From Dickeya solani IPO 2222 (lineage in GTDB: Bacteria > Pseudomonadota > Gammaproteobacteria > Enterobacterales > Enterobacteriaceae), in assembly GCF_001644705.1 (NCBI RefSeq), contig NZ_CP015137.1, positions 630,001 to 662,000 on the forward strand: a stretch of DNA of 32,000 nt, in the 5' to 3' direction. Below, piece by piece: positions 8,855 through 19,338 of this stretch. The translations under genes were made by a program, and so were the position numbers. The notes under the pieces are model-generated. The model was not told the DNA's origin and ran no database searches. It saw nothing but the letters and a program-made list of their open reading frames with translations. Positions within the stretch are counted from its first letter, which is position 1. Each line of letters starts with the position of its first letter.

Positions 8855-10261
8855 ATGAGTTTTATCAATGATGAATTCATGATCGGCAATAAAACCGGGG
8901 TCCGGCTTTACCAACAGGTGGCCAAAAATTTACCGATTATCGATTACCACTGCCATCTGGAAGCCAAAGATATTTATCACAACCGCCCGTTTGACGGCAT
9001 AACGGCGCTGTGGTTATCCGGCGATCATTACAAATGGCGCGCCATGCGCGCCAACGGCGTACCAGAGGAAAAAATCACCGGCGATGCCAGCGCAGAGGAT
9101 AAATTCCAGGCGTGGGCGGAAACGGTTGAAGCCGCTTTCGGCAACCCGCTTTATCACTGGACGCACCTGGAAATCGCGCAGTATTTCGGCATTCAGGATA
9201 CGTTAAACAGCAGAAACTGGCGACGCATCATGGACGAGTGTAATCGGCGGTTGTCCGAACCGGCATTCAGGCCGCAGGCCTTGATTGAGCGCTCTCGCGT
9301 CGAAGTCATCTGTACGACTGACTCCCCATTGGATGAGCTGTATTACCACCAGCAGCTAAAAGCGGACCCGACATTTAAGACTCGGGTATTGCCGACTTTT
9401 CGCCCGGACGAATTTTTCTCAGCGGATAACCAGACCTTCTCTTCTTCATTAACCCGACTGACCGAATTAACCGGCATAGTAATAACCAATTTTTCCGATT
9501 TTTCCCGCGCCTGCGAGAAGCGAATTCATTATTTTCATGAGGCTGGCTGCCGTATTTCCGATCATGGCTTAGCTGATATTTTCTTTATTCAGGTTACGCC
9601 GCAACAAACTGAAGACGTTTTTCAGAAAAAGGCGACTGGAAAGGACACCCTGCCTGATCAGGAACGAATCTGGCAAAGCGCGTTACTGATGATGCTGGCT
9701 AAATGGTATAAAAAATACGATTGGGCAATGCAAATTCACTTCGGCGCCATTCGTAATAACAATCAACACATGCTGGAAAAAGTAGGCATTAATAGCGGAT
9801 TCGATTCGATTAGCGACCAGCCCTATCTGGCTATGCACCTTAATGCTTTTTTAGACACTCTCACCAGAGAGGGAAACTTACCCCGCATTATTATTTATAA
9901 CCTTTACTCTGCCTATAACGATATTATCGCCTCGGCGCTCGCCAACTTTCAGTCTGGCGACAACGGAATAAAGTCCCCTCTTCAGTTTGGTGCCGGATGG
10001 TGGTTCAACGACACCCTAAGAGGAATGTTGAATCAACTCACCACCCTGGCTGACCAAGGGTTATTAATGAATTTCGTTGGAATGCTGACGGATTCACGCA
10101 GTTTTATTTCCTACCCACGGCATGATTATTTTCGACGAATTCTCTGCGGATTAATAGGCCAATGGGTTGAGGCTGGAGAAATCCCTCATGATGAAATAAT
10201 ACTTAAAAAAATGGTTAATAATATATGCCACGATAACGCACAGCGTTATTTCAAGTTCTAA
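8855..10261 (+). CDS. uxaC: Glucuronate (uronate) isomerase, UxaC family paralog
   Basis: The blocks MSFINDEFMIGNKTGVRLYQQVAKNLPIIDYHCHL...GDHYKWRAMRANGV...NPLYHWTHLE are UxaC hallmarks. The ORF track starts at 8804, inside rspA. ATG 8855, with GGGAGA upstream, gives 468 aa, the UxaC size. Confidence 0.9.
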   Translation: MSFINDEFMIGNKTGVRLYQQVAKNLPIIDYHCHLEAKDIYHNRPFDGITALWLSGDHYKWRAMRANGVPEEKITGDASAEDKFQAWAETVEAAFGNPLYHWTHLEIAQYFGIQDTLNSRNWRRIMDECNRRLSEPAFRPQALIERSRVEVICTTDSPLDELYYHQQLKADPTFKTRVLPTFRPDEFFSADNQTFSSSLTRLTELTGIVITNFSDFSRACEKRIHYFHEAGCRISDHGLADIFFIQVTPQQTEDVFQKKATGKDTLPDQERIWQSALLMMLAKWYKKYDWAMQIHFGAIRNNNQHMLEKVGINSGFDSISDQPYLAMHLNAFLDTLTREGNLPRIIIYNLYSAYNDIIASALANFQSGDNGIKSPLQFGAGWWFNDTLRGMLNQLTTLADQGLLMNFVGMLTDSRSFISYPRHDYFRRILCGLIGQWVEAGEIPHDEIILKKMVNNICHDNAQRYFKF

Positions 10262-10292
10262 AAAATAATAATCATAATATCGAGGATAGAAT

Positions 10293-11828
10293 ATGTCTCG
10301 TACCCACAAAGTCACCATCCCGGTAGGGATTGGCTATGGCCTTACCGACATCATGGGTGGCGGAGCTTTTACCGTCATCGGCGCCTGGCTACTCTTTTTC
10401 TATACGACCTTCGTCGGATTAACACCGGTGGAAGCCGCATCGATTGTTGCTATCGCACGTATTGTCGATGCCATCGTCAGTTTGTTCATGGGCAGTTTCA
10501 CCGACCATTTTTATAAGAATTATCTTGGCAAAAAATTTGGCCGTCGCCGCTTTTTCCTGTTAATCGGCTCGCCACTCATGATGGTATACGCGCTATTGTG
10601 GTTGAATGGCATGAATTACTGGTTTTATCTGGCGGTGTATCTGGCATTTGAAATCATCGCTGCGATGGTATTGATTCCCTGGGAAACGTTGCCGTCGGAA
10701 ATGACCAAAGAATTCAATTCCAGAACTAAACTGTCCACCTGCCGCATGTTTCTCTCTGCGTTGGGAACGTTTCTTGCCACCTTCATTCCCGGTTTGTTGA
10801 TCAGTCATTTGGGCGAGCACAACGCCAACGCTTATCTGATTAATGGCGTGACGTTTGCGGTAGCCTTCATGCTCTGCGTGTTTATCTCCTGGAAAGTAAC
10901 CTGGGAACGTGAGCTGACCGACGAAATGCGGGCAGAACTGGAAAAAAAACAGCGCCAGAACACGTTGATGGAAAAAATCGCGGCACTCAGTCATCTGTTG
11001 TATGACTACGCCTCCACGCTGAAAGTCCGTGCGTTCCGTAAACATCTGGCGATTTATCTGTTCTCGTTCACCGCCAAAGACGTCTACAACACCGTGTTTG
11101 TCTTCTTCTGCGTCTATTGCCTTAATGTATCTTCCGCCTTCGCCGGCAGCCTGCTGTCGATGAGCATCGTCGGGTTGCCGGTCACGTTGCTGGCGGGCTT
11201 TGCCATCATCAAATACGGCCCGTCGAGGCTCTATATCTTCGCTTATAGCATCATGATGCTGTGTCTGGGGGGATTCGGTTACGTCTACCTGTTCCCAATG
11301 GAAAACAAAGCCGTGGTCTTGATCACGCTGGCCGGCGTTTATCAGGTCGGGCGTTGCATCCTCGAATTTACGCCATGGAACGTATTTCCTTTTATTCCAG
11401 ACGTCGACGAAATGATCAACCGCCAGCGTCGGGAAGGTCTGTTCGCCGCCGTCATGACATTCTCGCGTAAAACCACCGTGGCTATCGCGACGTTCGTCGT
11501 CGGAATGCTCTTACAGGCCGGCGGGTTTGTGAAGGGCAGTCAGGTCCAGCCGCCTGAAGCCGTCCGGACCATCGCGCTGCTGTTGCTGGTCGGTACGACG
11601 CTCCTGCTGCTGATTGCGCTCTGGCAGGCTATTACCTTCCAGCTGAACAAAAAAAACCACAAGATTCTGGTCGACGAAATCGATCGCCTGAAAGCAGGCG
11701 GAAGCAAGTCCGACGCGGATTTGCAAACCCAACGGGTGGTGGAAATGCTGACAGGTTATCCCTACGACAAAGTGTGGACACCCGAGTTAACGGATACGCG
11801 TCGCGTCACCTCTCCAGCCCATGAATAA
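10293..11828 (+). CDS. GPH-family (glycoside-pentoside-hexuronide:cation symporter, YicJ/UidB/MelB-like) transporter
   Basis: 511 aa and about 12 predicted hydrophobic segments. The N-terminal GYGLTDIMGGG motif is typical of GPH/MFS_2. A charged central loop and a hydrophilic C-terminal tail are present. Confidence 0.85.
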   Translation: MSRTHKVTIPVGIGYGLTDIMGGGAFTVIGAWLLFFYTTFVGLTPVEAASIVAIARIVDAIVSLFMGSFTDHFYKNYLGKKFGRRRFFLLIGSPLMMVYALLWLNGMNYWFYLAVYLAFEIIAAMVLIPWETLPSEMTKEFNSRTKLSTCRMFLSALGTFLATFIPGLLISHLGEHNANAYLINGVTFAVAFMLCVFISWKVTWERELTDEMRAELEKKQRQNTLMEKIAALSHLLYDYASTLKVRAFRKHLAIYLFSFTAKDVYNTVFVFFCVYCLNVSSAFAGSLLSMSIVGLPVTLLAGFAIIKYGPSRLYIFAYSIMMLCLGGFGYVYLFPMENKAVVLITLAGVYQVGRCILEFTPWNVFPFIPDVDEMINRQRREGLFAAVMTFSRKTTVAIATFVVGMLLQAGGFVKGSQVQPPEAVRTIALLLLVGTTLLLLIALWQAITFQLNKKNHKILVDEIDRLKAGGSKSDADLQTQRVVEMLTGYPYDKVWTPELTDTRRVTSPAHE

Positions 11829-11849
11829 TCAACTGAATGGAACAACATC

Positions 11850-13307
11850 ATGACGGCATCACTGCTAACGGCCAACGCGCAACGCCCCGATTACGATCGC
11901 AATACGCTGACGCCTCGCATCGTACACCTGGGATTTGGCGCGTTCCACCGCGCCCATCAGGCGGTCTACACTGACCGTCTGGCATCGGAACACGCCGGCG
12001 ATTGGGGATATTGTGAAGTCAACCTGATTGGCGGCGAGCAGCAAATCGCCGACCTCAAGCGACAGGATCTGCTGTTCAGCGTAGCGGAAATGTCGCCGGA
12101 AACCTGGCGCTGCCGCGTGGTCGGCGTCGTCAGGCAGGCGTTGCACGCCGCGATCGACGGTATCGACGCGGTGCTGAGCGCCATGAGCCGCCCGGAGACC
12201 GCTATCGTATCGCTGACCGTTACGGAGAAAGGATATTGTCACTCCCCGGCCACCGGTCAGCTAATACAGGATCATCCGCTGATTGTCGCCGACCTGTCCC
12301 ACCCACAGGCCCCGGTATCAGCGCCGGGCGTCATCGTAGCCGCATTAGCGCGCCGCAAGGCCGCCGGATTGCCGGCCTTCAGCGTAATGTCCTGCGACAA
12401 CATGCCGGAAAACGGTCGCGTCACCCGCAGGGTGATACTGGCGTACGCTAACGCGCTCGACCGGGAGCTGGCGGATTGGATAGACCTGAACGTGACGTTT
12501 CCATCAACGATGGTAGACCGCATCGTTCCGGCAGTGACGCCAGACACGCTGGCGCAGATCGCCGGACAACTCGGCGTGGCGGACCCGGCCGGCGTAGCCT
12601 GCGAACCGTTCGCGCAATGGGTGATTGAAGACCGTTTCGTTAACGGCCGCCCAGAGTGGGAAAAAGCAGGCGCAGAGCTGGTGCCGGATGTCTTGCCGTA
12701 CGAAGAAATGAAGCTGCGTATGCTCAACGGCAGCCACTCCTTTCTGGCGTACCTGGGTTATCTGTCAGGCCATGAACACATCAGCGATTGCATGCAGGAT
12801 CCGTCGTTGGTTAACGCCGCACATCGCCTGATGCTGCAAGAACAAGCGCCGACGCTGCATACGCCGGGCGTGGATCTGGCGGCGTACGCCGACGCGCTAT
12901 TACAGCGCTATCGCAATACCGCGTTGAAGCACCGAACCTGGCAAATAGCGATGGATGGCTCGCAGAAGTTACCGCAGCGGATGCTGGACCCGGTACGCTG
13001 GCATCTCGCCCACCATAGCCGTTTCGATATGCTGGCGCTGGGCATCGCGGGCTGGATGCGCTATGTCGGCGGTATTGATGAGCAAGGGCGCCCCATCGAC
13101 ATCAGCGACCCGTTGAAAGACACGCTGGCCTACACCGTACGGCAGAGTGAAGAAGGCGAAGCGCGCGTCCGGGCATTGCTGGCGCTGGATACCATCTTCG
13201 GTCACGACCTGCCCGGCAACCATCAGTTTATCCAGGCGGTCACCGATGCCTACCTGTCGTTGGTCAATCACGGAGTAAAAGCTACGCTACACCAGCTGGC
13301 GTCGTAG
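11850..13307 (+). CDS. Mannitol-dehydrogenase-family fructuronate reductase / D-mannonate oxidoreductase (UxuB/YdfI-like)
   Basis: 485 aa. N-terminal Rossmann block [17 protein letters not shown], then [16 protein letters not shown] and MVDRIVP, as in UxuB/YdfI/YeiQ. Confidence 0.88.
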   Translation: MTASLLTANAQRPDYDRNTLTPRIVHLGFGAFHRAHQAVYTDRLASEHAGDWGYCEVNLIGGEQQIADLKRQDLLFSVAEMSPETWRCRVVGVVRQALHAAIDGIDAVLSAMSRPETAIVSLTVTEKGYCHSPATGQLIQDHPLIVADLSHPQAPVSAPGVIVAALARRKAAGLPAFSVMSCDNMPENGRVTRRVILAYANALDRELADWIDLNVTFPSTMVDRIVPAVTPDTLAQIAGQLGVADPAGVACEPFAQWVIEDRFVNGRPEWEKAGAELVPDVLPYEEMKLRMLNGSHSFLAYLGYLSGHEHISDCMQDPSLVNAAHRLMLQEQAPTLHTPGVDLAAYADALLQRYRNTALKHRTWQIAMDGSQKLPQRMLDPVRWHLAHHSRFDMLALGIAGWMRYVGGIDEQGRPIDISDPLKDTLAYTVRQSEEGEARVRALLALDTIFGHDLPGNHQFIQAVTDAYLSLVNHGVKATLHQLAS

Positions 13308-13329
13308 CCGCCAGCCGGGGGTATTCGCC

Positions 13330-13364
13330 GACGCTGGCGTGCCGGAAAGCGGTACGCCAGCGTC
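13330..13364 (+). terminator. Perfect 11-bp hairpin downstream of the uxuB-like gene (possible operon terminator; no U-tract)
   Basis: GACGCTGGCGT-N13-ACGCCAGCGTC begins 23 nt after the stop at 13307. It is not followed by a T run, so intrinsic termination is uncertain. Confidence 0.35.
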
Positions 13365-13493
13365 GCTGCTCAGCCATGCAAGCGCGGGAGAAAAAGTAAA
13401 AAAACCGGGTGGAGGTACGGAAAAGAAGAATAGATAAGCCGCCGTCGAAGCAGGTATCATGAGCGCTAAATGCCTTAAATAAACAGCCGATGC

Positions 13494-14180
13494 ATGGATA
13501 TCTACTCTCAAATCAACAGCAACGAACCCGTCAACCAGCAGATTTATCGCGTCTTGCGAAAGGATATTGTCGAATGCGCCATCCATCCCGGCAAGCTCTT
13601 GTCCGAAAAGGAGATATCGACACGGTTCTCCGTTTCACGTCAGCCGGTGCGGGAAGCGTTCATCAAACTGGCGGAAGCCGGACTGGTGCAGATTCTGCCG
13701 CAACGCGGTACGTTCGTGATGAAGATTTCTGAACAGCGCGTGGCCGATGCGCGTTTTATCCGTCAGGCGCTGGAGTGCGCCATCGCACGGCGGGCGGTCG
13801 CGTACATTACCGACGACCATCTGCTGATGCTGGAACACAATCTGCGACGTCAGGAATTGGCGGCCCAGAACGAGCAGATTCGTGAATTTCTCAGTCTGGA
13901 TGATGACTTCCATCAGTTGCTGACGCAGATAGCCAACTGCCCGCTGGCATGGGAAACCATCGAATCCATCAAAGCGACGATGGACCGGGTGCGTTTTCTG
14001 AGCCTCAGCCAGGTATCGCCGCCCGCCAGTCTGATTCAACAGCACTACCGGATTCTTAGCGGGCTAAAAGCGCGCGATGCGGATGCGACGGAAAAAGCGA
14101 TGAGCGAGCATCTGCAAGAGATGATTCACTCCATTACCCCGATTGCCGAGCAGAATCGTGACTGGTTTGAGCTGCCCTAA
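13494..14180 (+). CDS. GntR-family transcriptional regulator, FadR subfamily (wHTH + FCD domain)
   Basis: 228 aa. The N-terminal block IYRVLRKDIVECAIHPGKLLSEKEISTRFSVSRQPVREAFIKLAEAGLV is a GntR wHTH. The all-helical C-terminal half resembles the FCD domains of UxuR/ExuR/LldR-type regulators. It lies immediately downstream of the hexuronate operon. Confidence 0.88.
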   Translation: MDIYSQINSNEPVNQQIYRVLRKDIVECAIHPGKLLSEKEISTRFSVSRQPVREAFIKLAEAGLVQILPQRGTFVMKISEQRVADARFIRQALECAIARRAVAYITDDHLLMLEHNLRRQELAAQNEQIREFLSLDDDFHQLLTQIANCPLAWETIESIKATMDRVRFLSLSQVSPPASLIQQHYRILSGLKARDADATEKAMSEHLQEMIHSITPIAEQNRDWFELP

Positions 14181-14236
14181 ACCGGTAATTCCGCCGAATC
14201 GTGCCGATATTTATCCGGCATCCTTTCCTTGTCCCC

Positions 14237-14292
14237 CATCATTCAGCCTGTCTGTCTTGCTGAATGATGGCTGAGCCGACAGACGGCTCAGC
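14237..14292. terminator. Two back-to-back perfect hairpins between the convergent GntR regulator and hutU
   Basis: CATCATTCAGC-N11-GCTGAATGATG (14237..14269) is followed directly by GCTGAGCCG-acaga-CGGCTCAGC (14270..14292). There are no clear U-tracts. They could be terminators or REP-like elements. Confidence 0.4.
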
Positions 14293-14313
14293 CACGTTAA
14301 CCGCCAGTGCGGT

Positions 14314-16008
14314 CTATTTCACCATCGGCAAATTCAGCTGATGTGCCGCCGCGCAGGCTTTGGCGGCGTCGTAGCCGGCATCGGCATGGCGCATTACCCC
14401 GGTAGCCGGGTCATTCCACAACACCCGCGCCAGCCGGGCATCGGCCTGTTCGCTGCCGTCGCAGACGATCACCATCCCGGCATGCTGGGAAAAGCCCATA
14501 CCCACGCCGCCGCCATGATGCAGGCTGACCCAGGTGGCGCCGCCCGACGTGTTCAGCAACGCGTTGAGCAGCGGCCAGTCCGACACCGCGTCCGAGCCGT
14601 CCTGCATCGCTTCCGTTTCCCGGTTGGGCGAGGCCACCGAGCCGCAGTCCAGGTGATCGCGGCCGATAACGATCGGCGCTTTCAATTCACCGTTGCGCAC
14701 CATCTCGTTGAACGCCAGCCCGGCCAGATGCCGTTCACCCAACCCCAGCCAGCAGATACGTGACGGCAACCCCTGAAAAGCGATGCGCTCGCGCGCCATG
14801 TCCAGCCAACGATGCAGATGGTGATTATCCGGAAACAGTTCCTTCAGTTTAGCGTCGGTCTTATAGATATCTTCCGAGTCGCCGGACAGCGCCACCCAGC
14901 GGAATGGCCCTTTGCCTTCGCAAAACAGCGGGCGGATATAGGCCGGGACGAAGCCGGGGAAATCAAAGGCGTTACGCACGCCTTCATCCAATGCGCGCTG
15001 GCGGATATTGTTGCCGTAATCCACGGTGGGCACGCCCATGTGGCAAAAATCCAGCATCGCCTGCACATGCACCGCCATCGAGGCGCAGGCGGCTTTCACC
15101 ACCGCGTCCGGGTTGGCAATACGCTCCTGCTGCCAGCGCGTCACGCTCCAGCCTGTCGGCAGGTAACCGTTGAGCGGGTCGTGGGCGGAGGTCTGATCAG
15201 TGACGATATCCGGTTTCATGCCGCCGGCTTTGGCGCGTTTCACCAGTTCCGGTAATACCTCGGCGGCGTTGCCCAGCAGGCCGACGGAGATGGCTTTCTT
15301 CTGCGCGCCGGCCTCGGCGATCATCGCCAGCGCCTCGTCGATGCTGTCGGTCTTGTAATCCAGATAGCGGGTGCGCAGTCGAAAATCGATGCGGGACTCC
15401 TGACACTCCACCGCCAGCACCGACGCCCCGGCCAACACGCCCGCCAACGGCTGGGCGCCGCCCATGCCGCCGAGACCGGCGGTGAGGATCCATTTGCCGC
15501 TCAGATCGCCGTGATAATGCTGGCGGCCGGCTTCGGCGAAGGTTTCATAAGTGCCCTGTACGATGCCCTGCGCGCCGATGTAAATCCACGATCCGGCGGT
15601 CATCTGGCCGTACATCATCAGCCCGGCCTTATCCAGTTCATGGAAGTGTTCCCAGGTGGCCCAATGCGGCACCAGATTGGAGTTGGCGATCAAGACCCTG
15701 GGGGCGTCGGCGTGGGTGCGAAACACCCCAACCGGCTTGCCGGACTGCACCAGCAGGGTTTCATCCGCTTTCAGTTGGCGCAGGCTGGCCAGAATCGCGT
15801 CGAAGCAATCCCAGTTGCGCGCCGCCTTGCCGATGCCGCCGTACACCACCAGGTCTTCCGGACGCTCGGCCACATCCGGGTCAAGGTTGTTCTGGATCAT
15901 GCGGTAGGCGGCTTCGATCAGCCAGTTTTCACAGTGCAATTCGGTACCGTGCGGCGCACGGACCACACGGGCAACAGAAGAAGAAGCAGTCGAAGAAGAA
16001 ATAGTCAT
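14314..16008 (-). CDS. hutU: Urocanate hydratase
   Basis: Colinear with HutU (…[13 protein letters not shown]…[23 protein letters not shown]…[12 protein letters not shown]…[12 protein letters not shown]…[19 protein letters not shown]…). The ORF track start 16047 overlaps hutH. ATG 16008, with AAGGAA 7 nt upstream, gives 564 aa. Confidence 0.95.
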   Translation of the reverse strand: MTISSSTASSSVARVVRAPHGTELHCENWLIEAAYRMIQNNLDPDVAERPEDLVVYGGIGKAARNWDCFDAILASLRQLKADETLLVQSGKPVGVFRTHADAPRVLIANSNLVPHWATWEHFHELDKAGLMMYGQMTAGSWIYIGAQGIVQGTYETFAEAGRQHYHGDLSGKWILTAGLGGMGGAQPLAGVLAGASVLAVECQESRIDFRLRTRYLDYKTDSIDEALAMIAEAGAQKKAISVGLLGNAAEVLPELVKRAKAGGMKPDIVTDQTSAHDPLNGYLPTGWSVTRWQQERIANPDAVVKAACASMAVHVQAMLDFCHMGVPTVDYGNNIRQRALDEGVRNAFDFPGFVPAYIRPLFCEGKGPFRWVALSGDSEDIYKTDAKLKELFPDNHHLHRWLDMARERIAFQGLPSRICWLGLGERHLAGLAFNEMVRNGELKAPIVIGRDHLDCGSVASPNRETEAMQDGSDAVSDWPLLNALLNTSGGATWVSLHHGGGVGMGFSQHAGMVIVCDGSEQADARLARVLWNDPATGVMRHADAGYDAAKACAAAHQLNLPMVK

Positions 16009-16021
16009 GGCAAATTCCTTA

Positions 16022-17578
16022 TCAAACGGACGCCGGGTCGGCGACATAACTGGGCAACAATGCGGTGATCACAGACGGCCAGCGTTCACCGCAGGCCCAC
16101 TGGCGCATCAGGTCAATATCGGTCGCCATCAGGCGGTCGTGGTCTAAAAACGCCACCTGTTCGCGCACCTGCGTCAGTTCGCGTTCCAGCAACGGCGAGC
16201 TTTTCAGCGGACGATGAAAATCGATGCCCTGTGCGGCGGCCATCGCTTCAATCCCCACCACGGTGGCGGTGTTAAAGCACATGCTGCCGAGACGGCGGGC
16301 GGCGTAGGTCGCCATCGACACATGATCCTCCTGATTGGCGGAGGTCGGCAGGCTGTCCACGCTGCCGGGATGGGCCAGCGACTTGTTTTCCGACGCCAGC
16401 GCGGCGGCGGTCACCTGGGCGATCATAAACCCGGAATTGACGCCGCCGTCGTTAACCAGAAACGGCGGCAGCCCGGACAATGTGCTATCGAGCAGCAGCG
16501 CCATGCGCCGCTCGGAAATGGCGCCGATTTCCGCCACCGCCAGTGCGATGATGTCGGCGGCGAACGCCACCGGTTCGGCGTGAAAATTGCCGCCGGAGAT
16601 CACCTCGTCGGTTTCCGGAAACACCAGCGGATTATCCGACGCGGCGTTGGCTTCAATACGCAGCACGCGGGCGGCGTGCTGCAAATTATCCAGACACGCA
16701 CCCATCACCTGCGGCACGCAGCGGATGGAGTACGGGTCCTGCACCCGGCCGCAGTCGGCGTGCGATTGCAAAATCTCGCTGTCCGTTAGCAAGCTGCTGA
16801 CCGCCGCCGCCACCGCAATCTGCCCTTGCTGACCGCGCGCCTGATGGATGCGGGCGTCAAACGGCTTCACCGAGCCTTTGATCGCTTCCAGCGACAACGC
16901 ACCGGCCACCAGCCCGGCGGCAAACACCTTTTCAGCCTCGAACAGCCCGCGTAGCGCCAGCGCGGTGGACACCTGAGTGCCGTTGAGCAACGCCAGCCCC
17001 TCTTTCGGCCCCAGCACCAGCGGTTCGACACCCGCCCGCGCCAGCCCGTCAGCCGCCGGGATCAACGCGCCGTCGACCCGCGCCTGCCCTTCCCCTAACA
17101 GCAGCAGCGACAGGTGCGCCAGCGGTGCCAGATCGCCGCTGGCGCCCACCGAGCCTTTCTCCGGAATGCAGGGCATCACCCCGGCGTTGAACAACGCCAG
17201 CAAGGTGTCGATTACCTGCAACCGTATCCCGGAATGTCCGCGCGCCAGACTGACGACTTTGGTCGCCATCACCAGACGCAGCACGTCATCCGGCAACAGG
17301 TCGCCGATGCCCACGCTGTGGGACAGCACCAGATTGCGTTGCAGCTCCGCCAGCCGATCCGCTGGAATACGGGTTTGGGCCAGCTTGCCAAAACCGGTGT
17401 TGATGCCATAGACCACCCGGTCCTGACGGACGATGCGCTGCACCGTTTCCTGCGCCGCCTCCACCGCCGCGCGCGCCTGCGCCGCCAGCGTCAGGGTGAC
17501 GTTCCCCCGATAAATGGCGCGCAGCGTGGCAAGATCCACCGCGCCGGGCGTCAGGCAATAGCTTCGGGCTTGTGACAT
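16022..17578 (-). CDS. hutH: Histidine ammonia-lyase (MIO-containing)
   Basis: [26 protein letters not shown] (intact Ala-Ser-Gly MIO triad), NFHAEP and [11 protein letters not shown] are present. The track start 17659 adds 27 unlikely residues. ATG 17578 ([23 protein letters not shown]...) aligns with HAL N-termini and has AGGA 9 nt upstream. Confidence 0.95.
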   Translation of the reverse strand: MSQARSYCLTPGAVDLATLRAIYRGNVTLTLAAQARAAVEAAQETVQRIVRQDRVVYGINTGFGKLAQTRIPADRLAELQRNLVLSHSVGIGDLLPDDVLRLVMATKVVSLARGHSGIRLQVIDTLLALFNAGVMPCIPEKGSVGASGDLAPLAHLSLLLLGEGQARVDGALIPAADGLARAGVEPLVLGPKEGLALLNGTQVSTALALRGLFEAEKVFAAGLVAGALSLEAIKGSVKPFDARIHQARGQQGQIAVAAAVSSLLTDSEILQSHADCGRVQDPYSIRCVPQVMGACLDNLQHAARVLRIEANAASDNPLVFPETDEVISGGNFHAEPVAFAADIIALAVAEIGAISERRMALLLDSTLSGLPPFLVNDGGVNSGFMIAQVTAAALASENKSLAHPGSVDSLPTSANQEDHVSMATYAARRLGSMCFNTATVVGIEAMAAAQGIDFHRPLKSSPLLERELTQVREQVAFLDHDRLMATDIDLMRQWACGERWPSVITALLPSYVADPASV

Positions 17579-17587
17579 ATATCTAAT

Positions 17588-17601
17588 CCTGTATAGACAA
17601 G
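17588..17601. promoter_or_regulatory. HutC-type operator copy 2 (CTTGTCTATACAGG on the minus strand), overlapping the hutH Shine-Dalgarno
   Basis: It shares 12-13 of 14 positions with the copies at 20354 and 22494. The CTTGT-N4-ACA(A/G)G dyad resembles the HutC operator core (TTGTATAnACAA type) known from Klebsiella and Pseudomonas hut promoters. Confidence 0.7.
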
Positions 17602-17607
17602 TAGAAC

Positions 17608-17645
17608 TAAAAAAATCCGGCTGATGCTTCTCCATATCCAGCCGG
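17608..17645 (-). terminator. Terminator/attenuator hairpin between the ABC ATPase gene and hutH
   Basis: The minus strand reads CCGGCTG(GAT)-loop-(ATC)CAGCCGG followed by ATTTTTTT. It lies 42 nt after the ATPase stop and directly upstream of the operator at 17588..17601. Confidence 0.6.
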
Positions 17646-17686
17646 TACGCATATTTCATCCTGCATATCCCCGACAGGCACGCCGC

Positions 17687-18472
17687 TCAATGCGCCAATG
17701 CCTGTAGGGTTTCACTGCGAATTTCTTCCGTCACCCGCGCTTTCAGCGCCATAAATTCCGGCGAGGTTTTAAGGGTATAGTCTCTCGGCCAGGGAAAATC
17801 CACCGCCACTTCGGTTTTAATCCGTCCCGGCCGGGCGCTAAAAATCGCCACCTTGTTGGCCATGAAAATCGCCTCGTCGATGTCGTGGGTGACAAACAGC
17901 ACCGTCTTGCGCGACGACTCCCACACCGACAACAGCAGTTCCTGCATCATGACGCGGGTCTGGTTATCCAGCGCGCCGAACGGTTCGTCCATCAGCAACA
18001 CTTTCGGGTCGTTAGCCAGCGCACGGGCAATGGCGGTGCGCTGCTGCATACCGCCGGAGAGCTGGCGCGGATAGTGGTGTTCGAATCCGTGCAACCCCAC
18101 CTGATGCAGATAATAATCGCTGCGCTCACGCTGCTGCGCCTTGCTGATGCCGCGCTCCTGCAAGCCGAAACAGATGTTCTCGCGCACCGTCAGCCACGGA
18201 AACAAGGTGTAGCTCTGGAACACCATGCCGCGATCGGCGCCGGGGCCGTCCACCAGCGCGCCGTCCAGCCACACCTCGCCGCGGGTCGGCGCATCCAACC
18301 CGGCGATGATGCGCAGCAAGGTCGACTTGCCGCAGCCGGACGGCCCTAAAATAGTGACGAAGTCGTTTTCATGCACCTGATAGTCGATGGGTTGCAGCGC
18401 CGCAATCGCTTCGCCGTGCGGGCCGGTAAACACCCGCTCCACCTGACGAATGGTCAGTTTGCTGTATTTCAT
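17687..18472 (-). CDS. NitT/TauT (nitrate/sulfonate/taurine)-family ABC transporter ATP-binding protein
   Basis: 261 aa. Walker [18 protein letters not shown] and LLMDEPFGALD are present. The short single-domain architecture is typical of SsuB/TauB-type ATPases. A 4-nt ATGA overlap links it to the permease gene. Confidence 0.9.
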   Translation of the reverse strand: MKYSKLTIRQVERVFTGPHGEAIAALQPIDYQVHENDFVTILGPSGCGKSTLLRIIAGLDAPTRGEVWLDGALVDGPGADRGMVFQSYTLFPWLTVRENICFGLQERGISKAQQRERSDYYLHQVGLHGFEHHYPRQLSGGMQQRTAIARALANDPKVLLMDEPFGALDNQTRVMMQELLLSVWESSRKTVLFVTHDIDEAIFMANKVAIFSARPGRIKTEVAVDFPWPRDYTLKTSPEFMALKARVTEEIRSETLQALAH

Positions 18473-19335
18473 CGTATGCTCCAGGCGAATAAACGGCGAT
18501 TAGCGGCCTTGAACAGAAAGTCGGATAACAGCCCGATAACCCCGATCACGATAATGCCGAAGATGATTTGCCCGGTATTGAGCAACGCCTGACTGTCGAC
18601 AATCATGTGACCGATGCCGCTCGACGCGCCGATCAGCTCGGCGACGATCACGTAGGTCCACGCCCAACCCAGCACCAGCCGCAATAACTCGGCAATATCC
18701 GGCGCGGCGCCGGGGATCAGCACCCGGGTGACCACGCTGCGGTTGGAACAACCCAGCGTATAGGCCGCTTCCACCAGATCGCGGCGGGCCGCGCCAACGC
18801 TGACCGCCACCATCAGCACGATCTGGAAAAAAGAGCCGATAAAAATCACCAGGACCTTCTGCATCTCGCCGATACCGGCCCACAGAATCAGCAACGGTAC
18901 AAACGCCGACGCGGGCAGATAGCGGCAGAACGACACAAACGGCTCGAAGAACGCTTCCACCAGTTTGTACGCACCCATCAGGATGCCCAGCGGCACCCCG
19001 ACCAGCGCCGCCAGCAGAAAACCGGCTACCACGCGCATCACCGTCATGCCGATGTCCTGCTGAAAGCCGTAATCGGTAAACAGCAGCACGCCCTCATGCA
19101 ACATGGTCAACGGATCGGCCAGAAAGGTGGCGGACACCGCGCCGCTAAACGTCACCAGCGACCACATCCCGATAAACAGCACGAAGAAACCGATGCCAAG
19201 CGTCCAGCGCAGACGCGTCGATACCGCACGCAGCGGCACCATCAGCGGGTTATGCACCCGCGCCGGCGCCTCCGGCAATGCCGCGGGAGCCATCTTCGCC
19301 GACTGGGTGAGACTGTTCATGTCCGTCGCCTTCAT
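18469..19335 (-). CDS. NitT/TauT-family ABC transporter permease
   Basis: 288 aa and about 6 TM segments. It has BPD_transp_1-like EAA loop region (…EAAYTLGCSNRSVVTRVLIPGAAP…). The start codon lies 3 nt after the binding-protein stop. Confidence 0.88.
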   Translation of the reverse strand: MKATDMNSLTQSAKMAPAALPEAPARVHNPLMVPLRAVSTRLRWTLGIGFFVLFIGMWSLVTFSGAVSATFLADPLTMLHEGVLLFTDYGFQQDIGMTVMRVVAGFLLAALVGVPLGILMGAYKLVEAFFEPFVSFCRYLPASAFVPLLILWAGIGEMQKVLVIFIGSFFQIVLMVAVSVGAARRDLVEAAYTLGCSNRSVVTRVLIPGAAPDIAELLRLVLGWAWTYVIVAELIGASSGIGHMIVDSQALLNTGQIIFGIIVIGVIGLLSDFLFKAANRRLFAWSIR

Positions 19336-19338
19336 CGG

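Noticed and set aside
17617-17645. GG-N10-GC pattern (TGGATATGGAGAAGCA) as a sigma54 promoter for hutH
   Set aside because: Only the GG and GC dinucleotides match. The flanking consensus bases are absent, and the sequence forms the loop of the terminator-like hairpin.
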